A stretch of DNA of 64,000 bases from Vicugna vicugna (lineage: Eukaryota), in NCBI GenBank assembly GCA_013265495.1, contig MU058423.1, forward strand, positions 1,315,061 to 1,379,060, given 5' to 3'. Below the pieces are notes generated by a model that did not search any database, was not told the DNA's origin, and saw only the letters and a list, made by a program, of their open reading frames with translations. Positions 11,587 to 22,842 of the stretch are shown piece by piece. The number at the start of each line of letters is the position of its first letter. Position 1 is the stretch's first letter. The position numbers and the translations under genes were made by a program.

Positions 11587-12455
11587 TTCTGTTGTATTTT
11601 ATTTTATTTTTACATATGAAAAGCTGCACGTAATTAATGTACACAACTTGATGAGTTAGGAGATGAGTACACTCATGAAGCCATCACCACAATCAATGCC
11701 AGAAACCTACCCATCACCCCCAAAAGCTTCTTCCATCCCTATAGTTATTATCATCACTATTTTGTGATACGAACATTTAACGTAAGACCTGTTCTTGTAA
11801 CAGATTTTTAAGTCTACAATACAGAATCATTAATTATCTATACTAGACAGGAGGTCTCCAGGACTTATTCATCTGTGTAATGAAAACTTTGTACACTTGA
11901 CAAATGCCTCCTTGGTTCCTCCTCCTCCTAGCCCCGGGCAACTACCATTCCAGTCTCCATTTCTATGAGTTTGACTATTTTAGATTCATTTTAAAAGTGG
12001 TACCATGTAGGATTTGTTCTTCTGTGTCTGACTTATTTAACTTAGCATAATGTCCTTCATGTTCCTCCATGATGTCACAAATGACAGGGTTTCCCTTTTT
12101 TAAGGCTGAATAATGTTCCAGTGTACATATAAACCACATTTTCTTTATCTGTTCATCTGTTGATGAAAGTTGTTTCTTTGTTTCAGCTATTGTGAATAAT
12201 ATCGCAATGAATATGGAAATGCAGGATCTTTGAGATCCTGATTTCAGTTCCTTTGGATAGATACCCAGAAGAGGAATTCCTGCACTATATGGTAGTTCTA
12301 TCTTTAATTTTTTGAGGAGCCTCCATACTGTTTTCCATAGTGGCTGCACCAATTTATGTTCTTACCAACCATGTACAAGTGTTTCTTTTTCTCCATATCC
12401 TCCCAAACATTTGTTGTCTTTTGATTTTTGTAATAAACGTCATCTTAAGCATGAG
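11587..12455 (-). mobile_element. L1 3' fragment (ORF2 C-terminus and 3' UTR, L1MA/L1MB-like)
   Basis: ORF 11975-12352 '[31 protein letters not shown]' is the L1 ORF2 C-terminus. T-rich tail at the left end. Confidence 0.92.
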
Positions 12456-13864
12456 GTGAGGGCATCTCTCTTGGTGCTGTGTAGGCCTGGGGGACAGGGG
12501 ACACAGATAAAGTAAGACGGTCCTCCTACCCTCTTCAGTGCATCCTTTTTCATTTCTGTGTTCCACCCAGGTTCTGTAACCTCTCACCTGGTTTCTGGAG
12601 CTCTTATGCAGGTTTTTCATCCATGAATGATTGTTAAATTGGTGTTTTTATAGGGTGGTGAAGGCTGGAAACATCTATTCCATTTTGCTGATTCAGTTAT
12701 TTTTTAACATTTACTGTAAACTTGATCTGTCAAGAGTTCATTCCTACCCACTCTGATTCTCAGTGGCTCCAGAAGCTACAGAACCTGGATCAGTCTGAAA
12801 ATCACTCAGCTCATCCCGCTGAGAGGGGGCCAAGAAAACAGTATGGAAATCTCAAGTTTTATCCTGGTTTCTTCAGTGAGGTTCACAAATATAGCAGAGG
12901 AAAATATTAATATTGGGCATAGTATCAATATTATGCATGCAAATGTGTTCATTCTCCTTGCAAATTAAAATTAAAATGAGACTTTGGAAAGTCTTTATGT
13001 TCATTCATTCACCTGTTTGTTTAGGAGAAAACAGTATGGAGATCTGAGGATTTATATAGAAAATCAGTGTGTTTGGTTTTGGGATGCATACAGAGCTTTG
13101 TACTTTGTGAAACTAGGATAAATCAGTGGTTCCCAAATAGCTGTCATTGGACCAGGGCGAAACTAGCTACAGTCAGAGGTAGGGAGCCTGGAAAAAGCTA
13201 AAGTTTGAGTTTATTCTAAGTGAATCAGTCTAGAGTTGGAACTTGATAAAGTAAGGGCTTACTATAAGAATTAGAATTAGATTTCAATAGTTTTAGTAGA
13301 AAAAAGATTTCCTAGGACTTTTCAGCTACTTATAATTAGTCAAATAAACTAGATTAAGTGATGAGATCTTACAGAAATTTTCTAGCACTTAATGAAAGAT
13401 TTTCCGTCACAGGGCAACCAAGATGTGAAAAATAACTAACCATGTGATTGATCATTGGATATTGATGCTTCCAGGTTTCCCAGGCTAAAATCTACACCCA
13501 GCATAATGTCTGAATGTGCAGCTTTTAGCCATTCATTTTTTGAGGGTCCTTGAGCTGTAGTCAGTCAGAAACAAAAGTGACTCCAAGGATTATCCTTTCC
13601 AGCAGCTTTTACGCTGAGCTCCGTAGAGTCTGGCGTTCCCTGGATTCCCATGAAAGGCAGCCTGGTGAGAACAGATGGTTCCAGGCACCCATACCAGCTT
13701 CAGCCAGTTCATGTTTATGTGTGTACACATGGCGCTTCTCTTAATTTGCATTTGAAGAAAGTGTTCTGAAATATTCAAAACAACAACAAAAATTTTGAAA
13801 CCTACCTTTCAATTTTAATTTCCTCCTTTTAGAGAAGAGAAACTCTTGGCCCACTAATGCTTAA

Positions 13865-14008
13865 CTAAACTTTACAATAGGTATGTCTGTATAGGAAAAA
13901 CGTAGTCTATATAGGGTTCAGGTTCAGTCCTCTCCAGTGGCATGTTCCGGGCATTCACTCATGGTCCCGGAACTTATTATACCCTATGGATAAGGTGAGA
14001 CTATTGTA
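13865..14008 (+). mobile_element. Tigger2/MER8-like DNA transposon terminus
   Basis: 'gtataggaaaaacgtagtctatatagggttc...ggcattcact..ggataaggtgagactattgta' resembles a Tigger terminal sequence followed by TA. Confidence 0.6.
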
Positions 14009-15683
14009 TATGCTAAATAGAGCATCAACTTTTAAATTGTATAAAAGAAAATCAATTTAAAACAGATTAATGGACTGTTTATGTCAGCTACTTTATAAAT
14101 ATTATTATGGCATGGTTTCTCATAACTTGTGTCCTTTGTGACAGAGACAAACGCATTAACAAATTGTTCTTCTTTACCGAAAACTGAAAATTTGAATAAA
14201 AATTATAATTGTACCAAACTTACAGTGCAACAAAACTCTGAAGAATATGAAAGTATATAAGAAAGTGTATAAAGCAGAAAATGTAAGTACCTACTCATTC
14301 TCTAAAGAAATCACTGTCATAGTTTGGCATGTATCACTCTTAATCCTTCTCCCCACTCTATGCATGCATGAACACACGCACGTTAACAATTAAAGCATCC
14401 TTATGTGTCACCAATCAAGATACACCAATTTACAGGCCCTTTCAACAGCTACAATTCTCCACTGACAGGTATTTTAATTGCTTCTGACTTTCACAATTAC
14501 AGTCAATACTGCAGTGAGATGAGTTTGCACTCAAAAACGTGCGTTTACTACTTCTACACCACTCTTCGAAACATTCTTGTTTATACTCCCTCCAACAGTC
14601 TGTGATGTGGGTCTGTTACCCCCATTCTCACAAATAATAGTTATTGTCAGGCCTTTATATCTTCTATATTAAAAAAAAGATGCCTTATATTAATTTATAT
14701 TAGAATTAAAAGTTGAGCAATTATTTTATTTATGTATTGGCCAAGGCTATTTCTCCTCTGAGTTGCCTGCCCATTCATATTGGATTGTCTGTCCATCTTT
14801 TTGGTATTGCTTTTTAGTTTTTTTTTTTTTGGTATTATATAAATTCATCTTTTCTCTCATATTTAATTTTCCCCATTTTGTTCACTTCATCTTTTGTTTA
14901 TATTCTCTTTGTGCCATTAAGAAAATACTTTTTTTAAAGTCTGATCTGTTGATCTTCATTTATAGCTTCTGCATCTAACTGGGGAAAGAGGAGGTAGGTG
15001 AGAGCTATGTCCACGCAGGATAAAGCAGCAGAGAATGAAATATGCACAGCGCAGCAGTGCAAACAGAGGGAGGGCTGTAGCTAGAAGGTGACTGCAGTGC
15101 CCCGGTAGGAACCAGGCTGGCTTCCTCCAGAAAGAATGCTTTCAGTGGGATTAGAAAGCGGGTCTGGGCTTGACTCTGGTGCAGAAGAAGAGCCGGAAGC
15201 ATGCACTGCTGCAGACCTCAGGGAAGTCCTGAGGTGGGAGCAAGAGTGAGTGGGAGCCTTAATGGGCATCACAGGAACTGAGGATCACCCAAAGTGGGAG
15301 TGTGATGTTGTCCATTTTTGTTACAATGCCAGGTTTAAACGCCAACTCTGGGTCATCTTGATTTACAGGGACGTAGGAAGGCAAGATCTAGCTCTGTTTC
15401 AAACCCCAGGGAAGACCTGAATCCCTAAAGCTGGAAAAAAACTATACTTCTTAACCCAAGGTTTGGTCAGAAATGTTTTTTAGGGATTTAAGGAAAAGAT
15501 TCAACACCCAGTTCTGCCAGAGGAGGAAATAAAAATGAAGGATGACTTTTTATTAGTCAGTGAGGGACGTGAGGCACTGTCACTGGTCCAGGGAGAATTC
15601 CGGGCTCAGATCCCTGCAGCGCGGCTGAAGCACCACCAGCCAGCCTGGACCGGGAGAGAGCCGCGGCAGCAGGAGGCCAGAAG

Positions 15684-15699
15684 CAGCGCCCTCTTGTGG
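15684..15699 (-). promoter_or_regulatory. Candidate CTCF site
   Basis: Reverse complement CCACAAGAGGGCGCTG closely fits the CTCF core CCASYAGRKGGCRS and lies in a local GC/CpG-richer patch. Confidence 0.55.
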
Positions 15700-16330
15700 T
15701 GGTTGGTAGGTGGCTCAGTACCTGGGCTTGCGTCCTGAGAAGGTGCTGTGTCCCCCAACCTCTCAGTCTCTCCTTGGGATAGAGATGTCTTAGAAAAGCA
15801 GAGAGGATGAATAGGGAGAAAGGAATGAATCCATCACCTGGCTCACTGTGGAAATAGGTATGGACCAAAAAGGGGGAGGGAACAGAGGCCCAACACCAGG
15901 GGAAAATGCAAAGCAAGGGTGAAGAAGTGCTCTGTTCTAAATACGGCAAAATGAGTTTTTCTGGTTTGCCTCAACTTGCAGACATTCCTGAGGCTTGGCG
16001 CCTCCCCACCTTGCTTTCTGGGACCTGGTTCAGGCCTAAACCTGGTGTAACAGAAAGGGGCTTTTGTTAATGGGCCTCAAGGCAGAGGAAGAGACGGGCT
16101 CTTGCAGCATATGTCAGCCTGGGGACACACGGGATGTGTGCTAAGAAAGGCCTGTCTACAAGGCAGGACACGGAGGGAGGTCAAATGAGGCCAAGTATCC
16201 ACGCAGAGAAGAGGGGCCAGGACAGGTTCACAGAGAGATATTTGCTCTCTGGTGAGAGGAGTTGCCCTGTGAGACACCCAGAGGGCCTAAATAGAAAGAC
16301 TCAGCCCAAAATAAGCACTAGAGATGGGGT

Positions 16331-16436
16331 GGGGGGAAAGGTTGAGCTCAGTGGTAGAGCCCATGCTTAGCATGCATGAGGTCCTGGGTTCAATCTCCAG
16401 CACCTCCATTAAAAATAAAATAAAATAAAATAAAAA
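16331..16436 (+). mobile_element. tRNA-Ala-derived SINE (vic-1-like, camelid type)
   Basis: A box 'agctcagtggtagagc', 'atgcttagcatgcatgaggtcctgggttcaatctccagcacctcca' and an (AAAAT)n tail. Confidence 0.88.
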
Positions 16437-17589
16437 TTTTTTAAAGTACTAAGGTGGAAGGAAACAAACTGAAGGAGACACTCAATTACCCACCTGTCTG
16501 AGAGCCCCTTCTGCATGAGAAATTAACTGTCAAACTTGAGCCAAAAATGTCTTGCACAGTCTTCTGGACTTTGTGTGTGAGACTGAACTATGGTGAAGTC
16601 ATTGAGTCATGGACCCTAGCCCTTCCCCCTCTCCACTAAGTGAAAATGTGAGGTCATGACTGTTTCTCGCTCCCCACCGTACCTTCAGGACTTGTGTTGC
16701 AAACAAAACAGAATCTCAGTATGTCACCGTTAAATAGACAAGTGTAAGAATAAGTGAACAGGTCATTCATCTGTGCCCTTCCAGCCAGCCCTTGTCCACA
16801 GCAGGTCCACTTGATAGTGCATCATTGATAAACAGATGAATGAACGAGAGATCTTTGCGAGCCCAGGTTGGTGGTTATTAAGCTGGCGGTAAGCTCAAAG
16901 ATGTTACATACAGGCTTGTATAGGTTGAACCACTGGTGGGAACTTGAATCAAATACAGGATGTGGGCTGCGCGCTTCTTGCCTTCCTATTTTAGAGGGTG
17001 GGTGTTGAACACTGAAAGTGCCTCTGATTTGTTAGTGGGCCCCTTGCAGGGGCTGCCAGAGCTGCAGAATTGAAAGCTGGGGGAGGAAGGAGGAAAAGCA
17101 GGATGTAAGCCCCAGCTGGAGATAAAAAGGAAGCTGTTGTGAGGCGCTCATGCCATAGATAGTGGAGCCAGATTCCTGGAGGGGGCCTGAGATAAATAAT
17201 CACACAGCATCTGCCCATGGGCCTGCCGCAGCTCTTTGTAGACGTAAGCCAGGGAAGAGGGAAGTTCTTTATAGAGCAAGGATGATAAGAGGACCTCCCC
17301 TGTGGGTTGGTCTGTGAGGACTCATGTTGGCTGTGCGTGTGAAACTTCTAGCACTGTGCCTGGATCTGAATGTACACTCAGTAAATAACTAATGTTATTT
17401 TCCAATGCATTCTGGATGCTCATTTCAATTTTCTGCCACACTGGTAAAGAAGGGAGGTGGAGAGTTGTGAGGAGTTAGAACTGGTGTATGGGGTGACCTT
17501 CCATGGAGTCATCACCCACTGCCTGACCCGGCGGCCCTGGCTGCAGGGAACCTGGCCTGGACGTGCCTGCCAAAGCCCAGTGGTGGTTC

Positions 17590-17960
17590 CCTATGTCACA
17601 GGTTAGGTTCCACAGTAACAGATGTGGAGTCGCAGCCTGGGCACAAGTCATTTATCAGGAATCATCACCTGTGAAAAGGAGGGAGAAGGGGCAGGACTGG
17701 TCGGGGGGCAAAGCTGAGTGGCGATGCAGCCCTGACAGAGCTTCAGCCAACCTGGCCAGGAGCTTGAGAACGAGTGGAGTCCATCTGAGTCATCCTGCTT
17801 CAGATTAAAATGCCTAGGCCTTTATCCTGCTACCTAATTTAGTCCCCAGATGTGAGTCGCCCTCCTAAGGGTGTGACCTGGGGCTAGAGGGCTATCTGTA
17901 CCTGAGGCCGACCCTGAAAAGCAGCAGCAGGAGGTGTCTGCCAACGCCAGTCCCTAGAAC
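17590..17960 (-). mobile_element. ERVL LTR16-like fragment
   Basis: 'cacctgtgaaaaggagggagaaggggcaggactgg..aagctgagtggcgatgcag..cttcagccaacc' resembles LTR16-family reverse strand (recalled). Confidence 0.5.
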
Positions 17961-18589
17961 GAGTGCTCCCAGAGCAAAGAGGCTTTTTCTTGGTGACCCT
18001 CTGCCCCTCGGGGCCTGACACACAGAGGCAGGTGTTTAGCACTCTGCTGATTTTCGGGTGAATCCCATTTGCTTAAGTGTTGCTGTTCACAGCACCATTT
18101 CCTAGACATGGGTTCATTGTGTTGCATGTTGGTGTGAGGGGCCTTTGGAGCAAATATGAGGCAGATGTCACAGTGGGGAGGATCACATAGATCATCTCAC
18201 TGGCTCATGGTGGAGTGGGTCTCAGCCCTTCTAAATGGTCTGTTACACTTGGGCCTGGAAGACCTTTCCCAGCTAGTCTGAAATAGGGCATGGGGAGGTA
18301 TTGGAGGGGAGCAGGCTGAAGAAGTCAGTATTCTGTTAGAAGACAGGGACTGGGGGAAGTGAAGGCTAAGAGGAGCTAAGCTGGGGGCAAATGGTATGAT
18401 TTGAGCATAAAGAACAGCCTGAGAATGCAAAACACCTGGCCGCTCCTAGTAACAATGGCAGCTTTGTCACAGGCAAATGATCTCCTCGCTCTGAGTTTCA
18501 GTTCCTTTATCACGTGCCAATGTGCTCGCACTCAACTCATATCCTAGTAACTAGCATAGAGGCTGAAGTGCACAACACATTTCAGAAGG

Positions 18590-20090
18590 GTTTGTGGCCA
18601 CTTCCAGTCACAACTAAGTAGCCAACTAGAAAACGAGATGAAACATGTGAAACCACTGTTTTCAGACAGCAGGCAGCGTGCAGTGCATGGCTGTGAACCC
18701 CAAGAGAAGGAAAACCAATGAGGTGAGCAATACTGCTCCCCCAGATTTCTGCCTTGGGACAGTTTCCAGACTGCAACACAAGGAAGGGGGACCTATGCAG
18801 AGCATGACCTGAGAGGACAAAGATTGGCATTGAAAGAGGCTGGGATGTATGGATTAATGCAACAGAATACCAGAGACAAGGGAGCAGTAGAGAAAAAGAG
18901 CTTCAGAAATCTGTGTGATTCCCCTGGGTCTCGGGGTGAATGCAAAGCTGTACATACAAAGGGTGAAACCCCAGAGGGATGGGCAAAATTCCATCACCAA
19001 AGGAAAACACAGCACCGCGGAGCTGAGAGCTGACCAGCCACGAGAGCTTGCACAAGGCTGGGAGACACTGATGTAGGACTGGCCAGGGTGGAAAGTCTTG
19101 GTTGAGCAGTTGGAAAATTAAACTGGGACCTCAGAAGTTTCAATGCTTAGTAAAGGGCACACTGGCCCTAAAGACAGCTTCCCTAACAAAGCCTGAACAC
19201 AAGCTGCAAATCATTCAAGCCCCAATCTGCCGGTAAACTGACCACCTGCCAACAGAATCTACACATTTGATGACATAAGAGTTACAGCAGTCAGCATCCA
19301 ATAAAACGTGGCTAGATACAGGAAAGTACAGGAAACATGACTAATAACCAGGAAGGAAATGTGTCAATAGAAATACACCTAGAAATGACAGAGATTGACA
19401 CACAAGGGCCTTAAAGCAGCTACGTTAAATACGTTCAAGGACTTAAAGGGAAACATGAATATAATTGCCAACTGAAGACTGTCACTCGCTACCTGGCATT
19501 AGCCAGTGCAGTCACCGACCTGCAGCACACCTTGAAAGGAGTTCAGGCTGGAGATCAGGAATGAGGTCCTCTGTGCTCTGGGAAAACGGGCAGAACAGGC
19601 CTTCAGACAGTTAAATATTTTCAAGAGAAAATTTTATGAACCCGGATTCTTGCATCTTCCCATACTTCGAAAAACATTAATCATTAACTGAGATATCTGA
19701 TCCTCGTGACTAGTAGCAACCATCTACCGAGATGTGTGCTTGGTTACATGGACCCCTTCTCCAGAATCACGTGTATACTGACCTCCCCCTTGCCTCCTCA
19801 GAGCAGGTCCTCAGAGCTGTGTGAGAGGCTGCCTCCCGGGCTGTCGTCCTCAGTAAGTCCCCAGATAAAACCGAAAATTCACATCTTTCGCATTGTGCAT
19901 TTTTATTTCAGTCTTTTTTTTTTTCATGATGAACAGAGAAATAGAAACCATGAGGGGAAAAAAGGAAACTCAAGAGCTGAAAAATACAAAATTCAATGTG
20001 ATCAATTCACTGGACGGGCGTACAAGTAGATCCCGAAGGGGGAAACCCCGGCAAACCTGAAGGCGGAGAAACAGCAGCTGTCTAACACCG
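18590..20090 (+). mobile_element. Old L1 5'/ORF1 region fragments, interrupted by an LTR
   Basis: 'tcaatagaaatacacctagaaatgacagaga..cttaaagcagct..ttcaaggacttaaagggaaacatgaatataat' continues after the LTR as 'gaacagagaaatagaaacc..gagctgaaaaatacaa', typical of L1M ORF1. Confidence 0.55.
19466..19926 (+). mobile_element. ERV-type solo LTR
   Basis: Starts TGCCAACTGAAG and ends TTTCAGTC(T)nCA (imperfect terminal inverted repeat). Flanked by taat/tgat, an imperfect 4-bp TSD, and cleanly interrupts the L1 fragment. Confidence 0.7.
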
Positions 20091-20460
20091 GGAGCTGCAT
20101 CATGCAGGTGACTTTTAGGTCGTTCTAAGAAGTTCAGCTTCTACTCTGAGTAACGTGAATGTCATTGGAGGGTTTTGATAAGAGGGGCGAGACCATCTGA
20201 CTTACATTTTATGGAATCACTTTGGCTGCTGTGTTGAGAATAGACTGAAGAGGCAAAAGGTTAGACACAGATGGCCTGTCAAGAGAATATCACAATATTC
20301 TGTGTGAGAGATGCTGGTGGCTTAAACCACGTTAGTAACAGCAGGGGAAATGGGAAGTTGTTGAAATTTGGGATATATTTTGATGGCAGAGCAGATGGGA
20401 TTTTTTTCATGCACTAAATTGGGAATCAAAAATGATGTCAAAATGTATATACTGAGCCAT
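20090..20460 (-). mobile_element. L2 fragment
   Basis: 'gtcattggagggttttga..gacttacatttt..atcactttggctgctgtgttgagaatagactg' is a typical L2 reverse-strand signature. Confidence 0.7.
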
Positions 20461-21734
20461 TAACTGTGTCTGGAGAGCAAAACCTATGTATCAGTCAGGA
20501 CTGCACTTAGATATGTATGACAGAAAACCTAAGGAGGCTTATTTGTTTCACATAACTGGTTAGACCAAGTCTGGTCAGCTACTCCAGGTTACAATTATTA
20601 CCCCAGGCTCTTGCTATCTTTCTATTAAACCATACTTATCAGATTATATCTTTGTCCTTTCTCTTGTGCCTCATGGTCCCAAAATGGCTGCTGTACTTCC
20701 AGGCATAATGTCAGTGTTCCAGGAAAGAAGCAATGGCAAAGGGACAAAAGGGGCCCTGCCAGTTGAGTTTGTCCCTTTTTACCCAAGAAAGCAAAAACTT
20801 TCCTGGAAGCCACATCCAGCAAACTTCCCCTCATATCTCATTGGGTCAGGTAGCCAACCTTAGGAGAATGAGAGTACTATGTGCGCTCTAGGCAAACTGC
20901 AATTCACTCCTTATGGCCAGAAGAAGGGATCTTCTCTCTGTAAAGTCGAAGGATTTCTGCTGGTAGCTGACCACATCGAGGTTCTATTAGCAGAGCAGAA
21001 GGGCCATGCTGCAGGAAGAATGTTAGGTTGGTGATGGACAATTTCTATCATTGATTGCTTTTTGTGATTTTGTTACACACCCCCCTCCAAGTGTCTGGCA
21101 AATGTATACAATAAACATGTACTTGCTGTAATGTTGGCAGGCTGGCATAGAGATTTTGAAAGACTTCATAAACAAGAAAGAAAGACATAAGAGGGAGAGG
21201 GAGGGGAGAAAGGGGGGCATTTTGGTTTCAGATTGCTAAAAAAATGACCTGTGAGGGGAGCAATGCACTGGGGACTCATGAAGTCTGAAGAGATGGTAGG
21301 CCAGGTTGGCCATCTCATTCATTTTAGGTTACCTTGAGGAACAAAGGAAGTGTAGAGTGAATAACCAATATAGTAACCATGAGAAAAAAAATGCATGTTA
21401 TATTAAAGCCGAAGGCAGAATCCCCTTTGGAGAAGAACTTTTGTTGTTGTTAGCAGAACACTTGCAGAATCACTCTATTCTGGAAAGTTAGGTCTCAGGA
21501 TCTGGTTTAGAGAGCAAAAAAAAATGAACCAAAGAAAACAAAATAGCTTTGCAAAATAAAGTAAGAAAAATCTTGAGTTCTGATTGGCTGCACAAGAGGC
21601 GACAGAAATGGATCCTGGGAACTGGGAAGGAAAGGGGCAAAATGAAAATTGATGGGGGACAGTTATGCAACCCTCACAGCCAATGCGTTATTTGCCCCCT
21701 CCCTACATAGCTTTCAAGTGGCAGAGCCAGGATT

Positions 21735-22842
21735 GATTGATTGATTGATTTAAAATCTCATTCTTTGAATTTTATTTTTACATTTTGAATTTCAACATTA
21801 TTAAGGCATAATTGACATACAATTGTAGTAAACTTAAACTATATGTCATGGTGGTTTGATATATATATATACACAGTAAAAGGATTCTTTCCATGTAGTT
21901 AACGCACACATCACCTCAAATATTTATCTTTTTTTGTGTGTGTGAGAACACATAGTTTCTACTCTCTTCAAAAATATCAATTATACAGTAAGTGTTGTCA
22001 ACTATAGTCACCGTATTCAACATTAGATCCTCAAAAAGAACAAAATACCTAGAAATAAACTTAATCAAGGTGGTTACCTATACTCTGAAAACTGGAAAAC
22101 ATTGATGAAGAAAATTGAAGATGATACAAAGAAATGGAAAGATAGCTTGTGCTCTTGGATTCGAAGAATAAACATTATCAAAATGGCCACACTACCCAAA
22201 GGAATCTACAGCTTCAATGCAACCCCTGTCAAAATACTCATGACATTCTTTACAGAACTAGAACAAACAATTCCAAAATTCATATGGAACCATAAAAGAC
22301 TCTGAACAGCCAAAGCAATCTTTTGCAGGTCTTTTTTTCCCTCTTCTTTTTGTTCTCTTTTCTTATGGTTTGATGCCTAGATTTCCCTCTTTGTTCTCTT
22401 TTCTTATGGTTTGATGCCTAGAGAAGTTCCTTTAACATTTGTTGTAAAGCTGGTTTGGTGGTGCTGAATTCTTTTAGCTTTTGTTTATCTGTGAAGAATT
22501 TGATTTCTCTATCAAATCTGAATGAGAGCCTTGCTGGATAGAGCGTTCTTGGTTGTAAGTTTTTCCCTTTCATCACTTTAAACATATCTCGCCATTCCCT
22601 TCTGGCCTGTAGAGTTTCTGCTGAAAAATCAGCTGATAACCTTATGGGAGCCCCCTTGTATGTTATTTGTTGCTTTTCTCTTGCTAATTTTAATATTTTC
22701 TCCTTATCCTTAATTTTTGTCAATTTGATGACTATGTGCATTGGTGTTTTCTTCTTTGGGTTGATCCTCTGTGGAAGTCTCTGTGCTTCCTGGACTTGGA
22801 TGACTGTTTCCTTTCCCAAGTTGGGGAAGTTTCTGGTTATTA
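21735..22842 (-). mobile_element. Composite rearranged L1 insertion (ORF1 fragment, inverted ORF2 fragment, L1 3' end) with 12-bp TSD
   Basis: ORF1 C-terminus on - (22418-22835, 'QVQEAQRLPQRINPKK..LQQMLKELL*'), ORF2 piece on + (about 22035-22322, '[21 protein letters not shown]'), and L1 3' UTR on - (about 21760-22034). TSD AGAGCCAGGATT at 21723-21734 and 22843-22854. Confidence 0.85.

Noticed and set aside
11975..12352. 125-aa ORF, and likewise 22102-22305 and 22418-22819, as host genes
   Set aside because: These are L1 ORF2 and ORF1 fragments.
16338..16408. tRNA-Ala(AGC)-like sequences here and at about 28145, 40500 and 46080
   Set aside because: Stem mismatches, G-rich 5' extension, A-rich tails and TSDs show they are SINE copies, not tRNA genes.
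17100..17275. TATAAA (- strand, 17268-17273) followed by ATG at 17218 and GATA/ETS-like motifs, considered as the lost CHI3L2 promoter and exon 1
   Set aside because: The peptide MGRCCVIIYL does not resemble the CHI3L2 signal peptide, and such short motifs are common by chance.
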